The translations under genes and the position numbers were made by a program. Shown piece by piece: positions 45,461 through 53,426 of a stretch of DNA of 64,000 bases. How positions within the stretch are numbered: the stretch's first letter is position 1; every line of letters starts with the position of its first letter. The notes below the pieces were generated by a model. The model was not told where the DNA came from, did no database searches, and saw only the letters and a program-made list of their open reading frames with translations. Source of the DNA: Thermofilaceae archaeon (lineage in GTDB: Archaea > Thermoproteota > Thermoprotei > Thermofilales > Thermofilaceae); NCBI GenBank assembly GCA_025057995.1, contig JANXEW010000004.1, positions 24,801-88,800 of the forward strand, in the 5' to 3' direction.

Positions 45461-47365
45461 TTGAAAAACACTAGCCTTTTTAGATGCCAAACGCAAATAA
45501 CCAACGTGTCTAAACTATTGATTTGGCCTGCTAGACCTCTTGAAAGGATTTACAAAGACACTCCACCATCTCGCGTCGGGGAGCCCCTCCGTTTATCCTG
45601 CTTGCGCAACGAGTACGAGGGGTGCATGTTCGGTTTACGTGCAGAAGTGAACGTCGAGAAAGTTAGGCTTCAAGTATCGGATCTAAAATCCGAAGTTGGA
45701 ACTATAAGCTCTCACAACGTGCAAGCACACTTCGTTGGCTCGATACCCCTGGCCTTCAATTCTCCCGCGCCGCTAGAGGAGTTGGAAAGGAAAGCGCCTT
45801 GTGAAGTACCGGATCCCATCCTTGAAGCAGAGGAAATGGATCTCCAAGCCGGCGTAACGCAGCCCTGCTACCTGCGCGTCTATGTGCCGTCGGAAGCGGA
45901 GCCCGGAGAGTACGAGGGTTTCGTCAAGGCGGAAGCCCCTGGTGTGGAGGCTAGGTTGAAAGTGGAGGTGCGAGTACACCCTCTCACTCTACCCCGCAGA
46001 AGAAGCCTCTATGTGACGAACTGGTTTAGCGTTGAGGACATCGCGAGAGTCCACGGCGTCGAGCTCTATTCAGATGATTTTTGGGTTGTCTTCGGGAGGT
46101 GGGTTAAGTTCATGGCGGAGTACGGGCAGAACGTGTTCTGGGTTCCCCTCGATACAGTTAGGGTTTACGCAAGCGAGGAGGGTTACAGGTTCGACTTCTC
46201 AATCTTCGACGATTACGTGGAAACCCTCCTAAAGAACGGCGCCGAGCTGATTGAGATCACCCACGTCGCTGGTTTCAAGCGGTGGGGAGGGAGGGAAATC
46301 GAGTTGAGGAGCTTCAAAGTCATCCAGGGGGAGGGGTCCTTTAAGTCGGAGCCGGGTGAACGCGTGCTACCCCACATGTTGAAGGCTCTTGAAACACACC
46401 TCCGCGAGAAGGGGTGGTTGGAGAGGACGGTGATCCATGTTGCTGACGAGCCGACGGAAGATGGGATTGAGGAATGGAGGAGAGTTTCAAGAATAGTGAA
46501 GGAACATGCGCCACAGTTACGCCGGATCGATGCGGTAGAGACGACGGGCTTTGACGACGACTTAGAGATTTGGGTCCCGACTCTTCACCACTACGACCAG
46601 TGGCTTGAAGAGTACGAGGAGGCTAGGAGGAGAGGGAGAGAACTCTGGTTCTACACTTGCCTCAACCCGCAAGGCAGGTACCCTAACAGGTTCATAGACT
46701 TCCCGTTAATCAAGACTCGTATTCTGCATTGGATTAACATGGCTTACGGTCTCAGAGGGTTTTTGCATTGGGGCTACAATTGGTGGTACGGGAACCCCTT
46801 CAAGGATCTTAACCCTAACCTACCTCCCGGTGACACTCACATCGTCTATCCCGGCAGGGAAGGACCTCTCCCAAGCTTGCGGCTAGAGGCAATGCGGGAT
46901 GGGTTGGAGGACTACGAACTCTTCAAGCTTTTAGAGGAAGAGATTCTGTTCGTCAAGAGGGAGCTGGGTGGGAAAGCACTTAAGCTACCGTTCGAGAGGC
47001 GAGCCTTAGAGCTTTGCCGTAAAGCAATGCCGTCAATTACAGGCTACATCAGGGATCCTCGTAAGCTCATAGAGCTGCGCGAAGAGGTGATCAACGAGAT
47101 CCAAGAGGTGAGGAAACAGCCGCTCGCTCTCCTCATTACAGAACCTCCCGAGTGGAAGCCTTTGACTTGGGGCCCGCTCATGGTCCTCGTGAGGGGAGTC
47201 TGTGAAGAGGGTACAGAAGTGGAGGTGAATGGTAAGCCGGTGCCGGTGGAAGACGGGTACTTTGCTACTTATGCGTTCCCAGGCTCTAAGGGTGAGATCA
47301 CTGTAAAGTTGAAGAAGAATGGGTTTGAGAAAGTAATCCTAAGGAGGTTCCAGATCGTTGAGTAG
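45461..47365 (+). CDS. DUF4091-type putative glycoside hydrolase (GH123-like)
   Basis: Central TIM-like region with HVADEP, WFYTCLNPQGRYPNRFIDFPLIKTRILHW, and GFLHWGYNWW blocks, as I recall for DUF4091 proteins. TTG start, so the exact N-terminus is uncertain. Confidence 0.55.
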   Translation: MKNTSLFRCQTQITNVSKLLIWPARPLERIYKDTPPSRVGEPLRLSCLRNEYEGCMFGLRAEVNVEKVRLQVSDLKSEVGTISSHNVQAHFVGSIPLAFNSPAPLEELERKAPCEVPDPILEAEEMDLQAGVTQPCYLRVYVPSEAEPGEYEGFVKAEAPGVEARLKVEVRVHPLTLPRRRSLYVTNWFSVEDIARVHGVELYSDDFWVVFGRWVKFMAEYGQNVFWVPLDTVRVYASEEGYRFDFSIFDDYVETLLKNGAELIEITHVAGFKRWGGREIELRSFKVIQGEGSFKSEPGERVLPHMLKALETHLREKGWLERTVIHVADEPTEDGIEEWRRVSRIVKEHAPQLRRIDAVETTGFDDDLEIWVPTLHHYDQWLEEYEEARRRGRELWFYTCLNPQGRYPNRFIDFPLIKTRILHWINMAYGLRGFLHWGYNWWYGNPFKDLNPNLPPGDTHIVYPGREGPLPSLRLEAMRDGLEDYELFKLLEEEILFVKRELGGKALKLPFERRALELCRKAMPSITGYIRDPRKLIELREEVINEIQEVRKQPLALLITEPPEWKPLTWGPLMVLVRGVCEEGTEVEVNGKPVPVEDGYFATYAFPGSKGEITVKLKKNGFEKVILRRFQIVE

Positions 47366-47395
47366 CGGTTAAAAAGCTGAAGATATTAACTTACC

Positions 47396-47617
47396 TTGGG
47401 GTTCCTGGTGGATTCGCGAGAAGTTGAGAAAGATGCGCTGATTGAAGCTTTGCTAAACGTGCTGAGAAGGAACCCGAAATTCTCTAAGATAGAGGAAAGG
47501 AATGTGAAGCGAATCCTTAGGAAGTTGGAAGTCGAAGACCTGACTTACCTTGCAAACGTTTTTGACGTTTTCCTAGAGTGGTTGGATACTGCTTTTAAAG
47601 CGACACGAGAGGGTTAG
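47396..47617 (+). CDS. small hypothetical protein
   Basis: 73-aa ORF with a non-ATG start and no motif. Included only because no competing feature exists. Confidence 0.3.
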   Translation: MGFLVDSREVEKDALIEALLNVLRRNPKFSKIEERNVKRILRKLEVEDLTYLANVFDVFLEWLDTAFKATREG

Positions 47618-47670
47618 CTCCGGAGAACAGGGTAGGTGGATCTTAAAGAAGTGTTGGTTTATAGTCCTAC

Positions 47671-48810
47671 CTATTTGAGCGCTTCCCCCGGGGGCCTGTA
47701 AGCGTAAAGCAGAGGTATTGAGAAGAAAGAGATCGCAGCAGCCGTCAGGTACATGGTTGAGAAACCTTGCTTTGAAAGTAGGACACCAAGGAGGTATCCG
47801 CCTATCATACCGCCGAGGTTTGACGCAATCGGGTACAAGCTCGCTGCCACGCCTTTAGCATCTATCAATGTTTCCGTAAGGTAAGCTGTGGCGACAACGT
47901 ATAGCCCGCCGAATGTAAGACCGTGTAACAGTTGAACGGCTATTACCAGGGCAGGTTCCCTTAACAATCCTGTAAGCGCGAAACGGAGGGGGTAGGCTGC
48001 TAAACAAAGGGTCATAACCTTCCTTCGTCCGAAGCGGTCCGATAAGGAGCCGAGAAACACCATCGCCGGGATTTCAGCGAAAGGAGTTACGGAGAAGGCT
48101 ACGGACGCCAGCAAATCCGGGGCTTTAAGCTCCTTTACAATGTATAGGGGGAGGAAAGTATAGTAAGCCGGGTTCGCCACCGAAGCTGTTAAAAGCGCCA
48201 TCATCACCGCGAGAACGCCTCCTCTTCTTAGGGCGGAAAGTTGAAGCGAGCCAGGGGATTTGATGTTTCTAGTCATTTTGGGGAGGCCGGGACCGTATAG
48301 GAGGGCTGAAGACACGAAGACTATTGCCGAGAACAGAAAGGTGTAAATTGTGCTTAAGTACTGTTTGAGGAGACCACCCGCTAGCGTACCGACGACCCAA
48401 CCTGCAGCTCCTGACGTTCTCATAGCTCCGAAACTCGCACCCCGCCTTCCGCCGATGAAATCCATGGCAACAGCAGCGCTAAGAGACATCGAAGTGAAAG
48501 CAAGTGCAACGTATACTGGGTGGATGTAGAGAAAGCTCAAGAAGCTCGAAGCTGGGATGTAAGCTAACACGACTGCTGCTAATACTAGGCATAACGTGGC
48601 TTGGAGATCACTTCTTCTAGCCATGAAATCTGACAGGATGCTCAAAAGGAAAGTCGCGAACAGCGACACAACAGACGATATAGAGGCTAGGAGGCCGACT
48701 TCAACGTCGCTAAGACCTCTTGAAGCCATGTAGACCGGAAGCTGCGGGTTTACTGCACCAACAGCTGCGTACAGTAGAAACATGGCCATCCAGAGCCTCT
48801 GTAGCCGCAT
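47671..48810 (-). CDS. MFS transporter
   Basis: 12 predicted TM helices. MFS motif-A-like GSLSDRFGRRKVM. Confidence 0.8.
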   Translation of the reverse strand: MRLQRLWMAMFLLYAAVGAVNPQLPVYMASRGLSDVEVGLLASISSVVSLFATFLLSILSDFMARRSDLQATLCLVLAAVVLAYIPASSFLSFLYIHPVYVALAFTSMSLSAAVAMDFIGGRRGASFGAMRTSGAAGWVVGTLAGGLLKQYLSTIYTFLFSAIVFVSSALLYGPGLPKMTRNIKSPGSLQLSALRRGGVLAVMMALLTASVANPAYYTFLPLYIVKELKAPDLLASVAFSVTPFAEIPAMVFLGSLSDRFGRRKVMTLCLAAYPLRFALTGLLREPALVIAVQLLHGLTFGGLYVVATAYLTETLIDAKGVAASLYPIASNLGGMIGGYLLGVLLSKQGFSTMYLTAAAISFFSIPLLYAYRPPGEALK

Positions 48811-48869
48811 GCCGACTCCTCAAACACACTTATCGATAACCTTTTCCACTCTGCGTTCTGACTGAGCGC

Positions 48870-49598
48870 GTGCCTTTAAGCAACTCGAGAAAGGAGATGG
48901 CAGAAGCGGTAGCGTTGGATCTCGCTTCATCGTTTATCAGGAAAAAAGCGTTAGGGATCGTCTTCCTCGGCGCCCTGGCTAGGGGTTATTTCGACGATTA
49001 TTCAGACATCGACATAGTCGTATACAAGAGGAAGGGGGTGATGCTCTGTTGGCCACGCGAAAAAGAGTTCAAGTATAGGGGTTTTATCATAGACCTTGAA
49101 GTGAGGAACTATGAGAGAGACTTATACAGAGTTTGGACCCTTGAAGAAAGATGGGTTTTCTCCCACGCTAAAATACACTTTGACCCTGAAGGGTTGATTA
49201 AGGACCTCCTCAATCTCAAGGTCCCCTTAAGCCAGAACGAGAGAAGTAATATTCTAAGAGATGAAACTTGCAAGGCAAGCTGGAGTATAGGCGACATAGA
49301 CGCCTGGCTATACAGGGGAGACATCCCGAGCGCTCACTATGCCGTAACTACAGCCTTCAAACACCTTCTTCGAGCCCTGGCTGCACTAAACAACGTACCC
49401 CCGCCACCTGACAAGTGGCTTATCAACGTGGCTTTCAGCCTACCATTGCGTCCGCCACAACTCTCTGAAATCGTCCGAGAAGTCCTGCTTTGCAAGGAAA
49501 TGAGTGCCGAAGACTTACACCGCAGGAAAGCCGCTGTAGAAGATCTCATGGAGTGGCTGATATCTCACCGCCAGAGCTTGTGCCTTGAGCAACTCTGA
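48870..49598 (+). CDS. nucleotidyltransferase-fold protein (KNTase/MNT-like) with a helical C-terminal domain
   Basis: GALARGYFDDYSDIDIVVY matches the G-x-x-A/S-R-G...D-x-D pol-beta-type NTase motif. Confidence 0.7.
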   Translation: MPLSNSRKEMAEAVALDLASSFIRKKALGIVFLGALARGYFDDYSDIDIVVYKRKGVMLCWPREKEFKYRGFIIDLEVRNYERDLYRVWTLEERWVFSHAKIHFDPEGLIKDLLNLKVPLSQNERSNILRDETCKASWSIGDIDAWLYRGDIPSAHYAVTTAFKHLLRALAALNNVPPPPDKWLINVAFSLPLRPPQLSEIVREVLLCKEMSAEDLHRRKAAVEDLMEWLISHRQSLCLEQL

Positions 49599-49657
49599 AA
49601 GAGACTTCGTTAAGAATCGAGTATCTCGGGCCCCTAATCAGCTATCCTTTTTAGTAG

Positions 49658-50482
49658 ATGAGTTCACCGCGCAACCCTATGAGGAGTTTAATTTTGCTCT
49701 TGACAGGGCTGCTGCTTGTTCACTTGGTATTGTGTGAACCTTTCCCAGTATCGCTTATGGTTGATGCCAGCGTAAAGAGTCCGGCCGGCCCCCTCACCTA
49801 CCGTGTCACTGTGACGGCGTCGAGACAGGTGGATGTCAGAGTCAGGGCTAGCGTCATCCCGCCGAGTGGCGACCAGAGCACCTGGAAGACGTTGTGGGAG
49901 GGGCGACTTGAGAGGGGGGAAACGAAAATCCTTGAGGCTAGTGAAGAGACGCCCCCGAGACTTGGCAGCTACGTCGTATGGGTTGCTGTCGATTTCGTAA
50001 GCGCTCAAGATTATATGGTCGTCAACGGGAGAATGTACTACGCAACGTACGATGTGGTACACGTTCTAACAGTCTACGAGCCGAGCGTGGAACGTTGGAG
50101 GACACTGTACCTACAAGCCTTAAACGAAAGTGAAAGATACAAGCTCCTCTACGCTAACGCCTCCAATGAGATTAACGTTTTACTCCAGAAGTGTAAAGCG
50201 CTAGAGGAGGAGGCAGCGAGACTAAAGGTTAATCTCTCAAGCTTGAAGACATCTTATGACCAACTTTACGCTGAGTGCTCTACGGTTAAAGAGGAGAGGA
50301 ACACGTTGAGACAGTTGCTCGAGAGGAGGGAGACCGATGCTAGAAGACTAACCGTCTTGTTGATCATGCTCGCGTCTCTTTCTCTCATCCTGGGCGGCGC
50401 GCTCGTAGCGTTAACGCTAAGTTGTAGGAAAGCCGCAACGAGGGAGAGGATTCCCCCGCCACCTCCGCCTCCTCCAGGCTAG
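49658..50482 (+). CDS. second SlaB-like architecture protein: signal peptide, beta-rich ectodomain, coiled coil, TM anchor, polyproline tail
   Basis: Signal/anchor LILLLTGLLLVHLVLC. Coiled coil LQKCKALEEEAARLKVNLSSLKTSYDQLYAE. TM helix LTVLLIMLASLSLILGGALVALTL, then RKAATRERIPPPPPPPPG and the stop. Confidence 0.7.
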   Translation: MSSPRNPMRSLILLLTGLLLVHLVLCEPFPVSLMVDASVKSPAGPLTYRVTVTASRQVDVRVRASVIPPSGDQSTWKTLWEGRLERGETKILEASEETPPRLGSYVVWVAVDFVSAQDYMVVNGRMYYATYDVVHVLTVYEPSVERWRTLYLQALNESERYKLLYANASNEINVLLQKCKALEEEAARLKVNLSSLKTSYDQLYAECSTVKEERNTLRQLLERRETDARRLTVLLIMLASLSLILGGALVALTLSCRKAATRERIPPPPPPPPG

Positions 50483-50549
50483 ACTCCATAAACCCTTAGG
50501 TTTTTTCTCTAGCTTATATCGCGAGAGAGAGGTTAAGGGTCGTGCGGAT

Positions 50550-50640
50550 TTCGAACCACCGCTCGAGACCAGGTGCGTTCCTCACACTGGTTACCTCGGG
50601 GTTATGAGCCCCGCGGGATACCTGGCTTCCCCACCCCGCT
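50550..50640 (-). other. tRNA-iMet 5' segment (positions 1-59) including the intron
   Basis: Starts with AGCGGGG at 50640 and ends with GGTGGTTCGAA at 50550. Confidence 0.8.
50562..50592 (-). other. 31-nt non-canonical tRNA intron in the variable loop (between positions 47 and 48)
   Basis: BHB geometry: CGAG/CTCG 4-bp helix, 3-nt bulges GTA and AGC, intron helix ACCA/TGGT continuing into GTGTG/CGCAC. Removal leaves the 5-nt variable loop AGGTC. Confidence 0.75.
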
Positions 50641-50645
50641 TTGAA

Positions 50646-50662
50646 TGGTAGCGGGGGGTGGA
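50646..50662 (-). other. tRNA-iMet 3' segment (positions 60-76: T, CCACC, CCCCGCT, ACCA)
   Basis: TCCACCCCCCGCTACCA lies 5' of the tRNA's own position 1 in the transcript. Confidence 0.8.
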
Positions 50663-50747
50663 TGCTCGTCCGCACGACCCCGGAGAGGTGCATCCACACC
50701 CCCGGTTTAAGCTTTTCGTTCTATACTACAGCTTAGCTTAAGATTAC

Positions 50748-50772
50748 CGCACCAAGTGAACTAGTTGGTGCG
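50748..50772 (-). terminator. 8-bp-stem hairpin between the aldo/keto reductase stop and the tRNA locus
   Basis: CGCACCAA-N9-TTGGTGCG. The role as a terminator or insulator is a guess. Confidence 0.2.
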
Positions 50773-50806
50773 AAAGCCGGTTTCTTTTAACTCGAACGGG
50801 TCTCTG

Positions 50807-51829
50807 TTATAACGTGGGGGGCGGTATATGAAGTATCGGCTTCGGTTTATACGGCTCCTCCAGGTACTTCGCTTCGTCGTTTGAGAGCTTTATGTTGAGA
50901 GCCTCTACAGCTTCTTCCAAGTGCTCGACCTTACTTGTGCCGATTATCGCTACGTCAATGCCCTTATAGAATAACCAAGCTAACGCGATTTGAGAAGGTT
51001 TAACTCCTTTCCGCTCAGCTATCTCGATGACTCTCCGAACTATCTCAGCGTTCTCAGGAGGCTCCACGTAAGCTTTGTAAGCGTAAAACTCTGCAGCGGT
51101 TAGACGCCCAGGTCCATCCGGTGGCACGACTATTTTCCCATCCTTGTAAAACCTTCCGCTTAGGACGCCTGCCGCTAGAGGGCTGTAAACCATGTAAGCG
51201 ATACCATGCGCCTTACAGAAGGGTATCATCTCCCTCTCCTCCTCCCTGTAGAGAAGATTATAAGGGGTCTGCGTACTTACAAACTTCTCGTAACCCTTAA
51301 ACTCGGCGATGTAGTAAGCCTTAGCGAACTGCCACGCGTACATGCTTGACGCCCCTATGTACCTCACGTTACCTTTGTGTACGAGATCTGTAAGCGTCTT
51401 AAGCGTCTCCTCGATAGGTGTCTCGTAATCCCATCTGTGTATTTGGTATAAATCAATGTAGTCAGTCCTAAGTCTTTTCAACGACTCGTTTACCTGTCTC
51501 ATTATATGCTTCCTTGATAAACCTCTATCGTTGGGACCCTGACCCGTGGGGAAGTAGACCTTTGTGGCAACCACGGCATCATCCCTTCTCCCCTGCAGGA
51601 ATTCGCCGAGAATCTCTTCAGACTTGCCCCTAGAGTATACGTTAGCTGTATCGAAGAAGTTTATGCCCAAGTCCCAAGCTCTCTCCATCACTTTGAAGGC
51701 TTCCTCTCTGCCAACCACCCATCCACCGGTTCCAAAGACCTGTAGAGAAGGGTCTCCAAAAGACATGCACCCTATACATATCCTCGAGACCTTGAGACCA
51801 GACAAACCTAGGCGGACGTAGTTCATCAC
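50807..51829 (-). CDS. aldo/keto reductase
   Basis: LGLSGLKVSRICIGCMSFG, FFDTANVY, LYQIHRWD, and IGASS blocks. Confidence 0.9.
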   Translation of the reverse strand: MMNYVRLGLSGLKVSRICIGCMSFGDPSLQVFGTGGWVVGREEAFKVMERAWDLGINFFDTANVYSRGKSEEILGEFLQGRRDDAVVATKVYFPTGQGPNDRGLSRKHIMRQVNESLKRLRTDYIDLYQIHRWDYETPIEETLKTLTDLVHKGNVRYIGASSMYAWQFAKAYYIAEFKGYEKFVSTQTPYNLLYREEEREMIPFCKAHGIAYMVYSPLAAGVLSGRFYKDGKIVVPPDGPGRLTAAEFYAYKAYVEPPENAEIVRRVIEIAERKGVKPSQIALAWLFYKGIDVAIIGTSKVEHLEEAVEALNIKLSNDEAKYLEEPYKPKPILHIPPPTL

Positions 51830-51911
51830 GTATATACTGTGAGTTGACTTATATATGAGTTACCCTAACCCTTCGCAAAACTTTTTACAGCGATTTTAAC
51901 TATATTCGGAT

Positions 51912-52673
51912 ATGAGCTGCCTTGAAGAATTAGTTCAAGTCCCGAGTGCAGGTTACATGTTAGCAGGGGTTCTGCACTTGCCCGCTGAAGCAACCAAGTC
52001 GAAGCCCGTCCTCCTATTGCACGGCTTCACTGGGAACAAGAGTGAAGCAGGCAGACTCTTTACCGACTTAGCACGCGCCCTTTGCTCCGCAGGCTATGCA
52101 GTGTTACGCTTTGACTTCCGCTGCCACGGAGACTCGCCGCTTCCGTTTGAGGAGTTCAGCGTTTGGAAAGCCGTTGAAGACGCGGAAAATTCTATCAGTT
52201 ACCTGAAATCCATCGATAAGGTGGATGCGTCACGCTTCGCTGTAGTGGGTTTAAGTATGGGAGGAGGGGTCGCTGTCAAAGTGGCCGCAGGTCGCGACGA
52301 CGTATCAGCGCTTGTCTTGTTGTCTCCGGGACTCGTCTGGCTCGAGTTATGGCCGTTGAGAGGCTATGTGACCCGGATTACGCTGGAAGGGGGTTACGCG
52401 TACGAAGGCTGGTATAGAATGAGGCTTGATAACTTAAGGGACAGTCTCAAGTTCTCGGTGATGGAGTTAGCCGACCAAGTGAAAGCTCCTACTCTTATCG
52501 TTCACGCTACCGACGATAACCTCGTGCCGATAGATCACGCGAAGCGGTTTTACGAGAAACTTAAAGTGGAGAAAAAGTTTCTAGAGGTGACGGGCGGGCA
52601 CGTGTTCATGGACTACTGGCTTAGAAGGAGGATAGAGAGCGAAATAACCGCCTGGATCAAAGCTCACCTCTAA
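51912..52673 (+). CDS. alpha/beta-hydrolase (serine hydrolase), paralog of 20319..21071
   Basis: LLLHGFTGNKSEAGRLFTDLARALCSAGYAVLRFDFRCHGDSPLPFEEF is nearly identical to the paralog. Nucleophile elbow GLSMGG. Confidence 0.8.
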   Translation: MSCLEELVQVPSAGYMLAGVLHLPAEATKSKPVLLLHGFTGNKSEAGRLFTDLARALCSAGYAVLRFDFRCHGDSPLPFEEFSVWKAVEDAENSISYLKSIDKVDASRFAVVGLSMGGGVAVKVAAGRDDVSALVLLSPGLVWLELWPLRGYVTRITLEGGYAYEGWYRMRLDNLRDSLKFSVMELADQVKAPTLIVHATDDNLVPIDHAKRFYEKLKVEKKFLEVTGGHVFMDYWLRRRIESEITAWIKAHL

Positions 52674-53335
52674 ACTCTTCCTCTAGCGTTCAGTGAAGAT
52701 AATCTAGTGTAGGATTCCATGAGCTCCACTAACTCTTGTAGGTTTAATTCCCTCGCCAAGTCGAGAGGTGTTCTACCTCCCGAGTCTTTAGCGTTCGGGT
52801 CGGCGCCGTACTGGAGAAGGAGGCTGACTACGTCTCTGCTACCGCTAAAGACAGCTACGTGAAGAGGCGTTACATCATCCTCTCCGGTAGCGTTAACTTC
52901 AGCGCCGTTTTCGAGCAACAGGTTGACGATTGACGCTTGACCTCTCGCAGATGCCAAATGTAGTGGGGTAAACCCTCGTGAATCTCTCACGTTCGTGTCT
53001 GCCCCCTCGTTCAGCAATCTTTCAACTTCTGCTACGTCCCCCTTCCTTATGGCGTCGTATAGTTTAACCCCTAGTCCACTGTTTTTCTGAACTCTCTGCG
53101 CTAAAGCGTGTGCTTTCACCCCTGGTTGTCGACAGAGGGGCTTTTCAGGGTCTTGAACCCTGGTTCCTAGGAGTGCGCAATTATTTGTCGGGGCGAGGTA
53201 GAAGACGCACTTCGAACACGCTCTTCTCATGTTTACGGAGCATGTGGCATTCGGGTCTTCCACTTTAACTCCTAGGAGTAAGCAGAACCTCTCGTTGCTA
53301 AGGAAGTAGACGCAGCTACTGCATACTTTTCTCAT
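52670..53335 (-). CDS. ankyrin-repeat protein with two tandem N-terminal Cys4 modules
   Basis: Ankyrin repeats GFTPLHLASARGQASIVNLLLENGAEVNA, DVTPLHVAVFSGSRDVVSLLLQYGADPNA, and GRTPLDLA. N-terminal CSSCVYFLSNERFCLLLGVKVEDPNATC and CSKCVFYLAPTNNCALLGTRVQDPEKPLC. Confidence 0.8.
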   Translation of the reverse strand: MRKVCSSCVYFLSNERFCLLLGVKVEDPNATCSVNMRRACSKCVFYLAPTNNCALLGTRVQDPEKPLCRQPGVKAHALAQRVQKNSGLGVKLYDAIRKGDVAEVERLLNEGADTNVRDSRGFTPLHLASARGQASIVNLLLENGAEVNATGEDDVTPLHVAVFSGSRDVVSLLLQYGADPNAKDSGGRTPLDLARELNLQELVELMESYTRLSSLNARGRV

Positions 53336-53426
53336 GTCAACGTGTTGAAATAGAGTTCACCTTGAAATACTTTTGCAGGGTGCTATAAGCGTAACTATTT
53401 TAGTTAGCCTTTAGGGATCCACTACT

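Larger units (their letters stand above)
50537..50680 (-). tRNA. circularly permuted initiator tRNA-Met(CAT) precursor: leader, 3' half with CCA, TTCAA spacer, 5' half (with a 31-nt intron), trailer
   Basis: Read by hand on the minus strand (see findings). The assembled 77-nt product AGCGGGGTGGGGAAGCCAGGTATCCCGCGGGGCTCATAACCCCGAGGTCGGTGGTTCGAATCCACCCCCCGCTACCA folds as a perfect cloverleaf. It has A1:U72, anticodon loop CUCAUAA, and G29-31:C39-41. Confidence 0.85.

Noticed and set aside
50537-50680. Reading the locus as a conventional tRNA with an 11-12-bp acceptor stem (for example a Sec-like 9/4 fold), or as a plus-strand tRNA
   Set aside because: With the 12-bp terminal helix as the acceptor, no D-arm or T-arm can be drawn. 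The plus strand gives the anticodon loop TTATGAG, with A34 and no proper context. The permuted reading gives a perfect cloverleaf and two canonical BHB motifs.
50514-50699. 61-aa minus-strand ORF from the track (MWMHLSGVVRTS...)
   Set aside because: It lies entirely over the permuted tRNA locus. Its sequence is explained by the tRNA helices, and it has no coding-like features.
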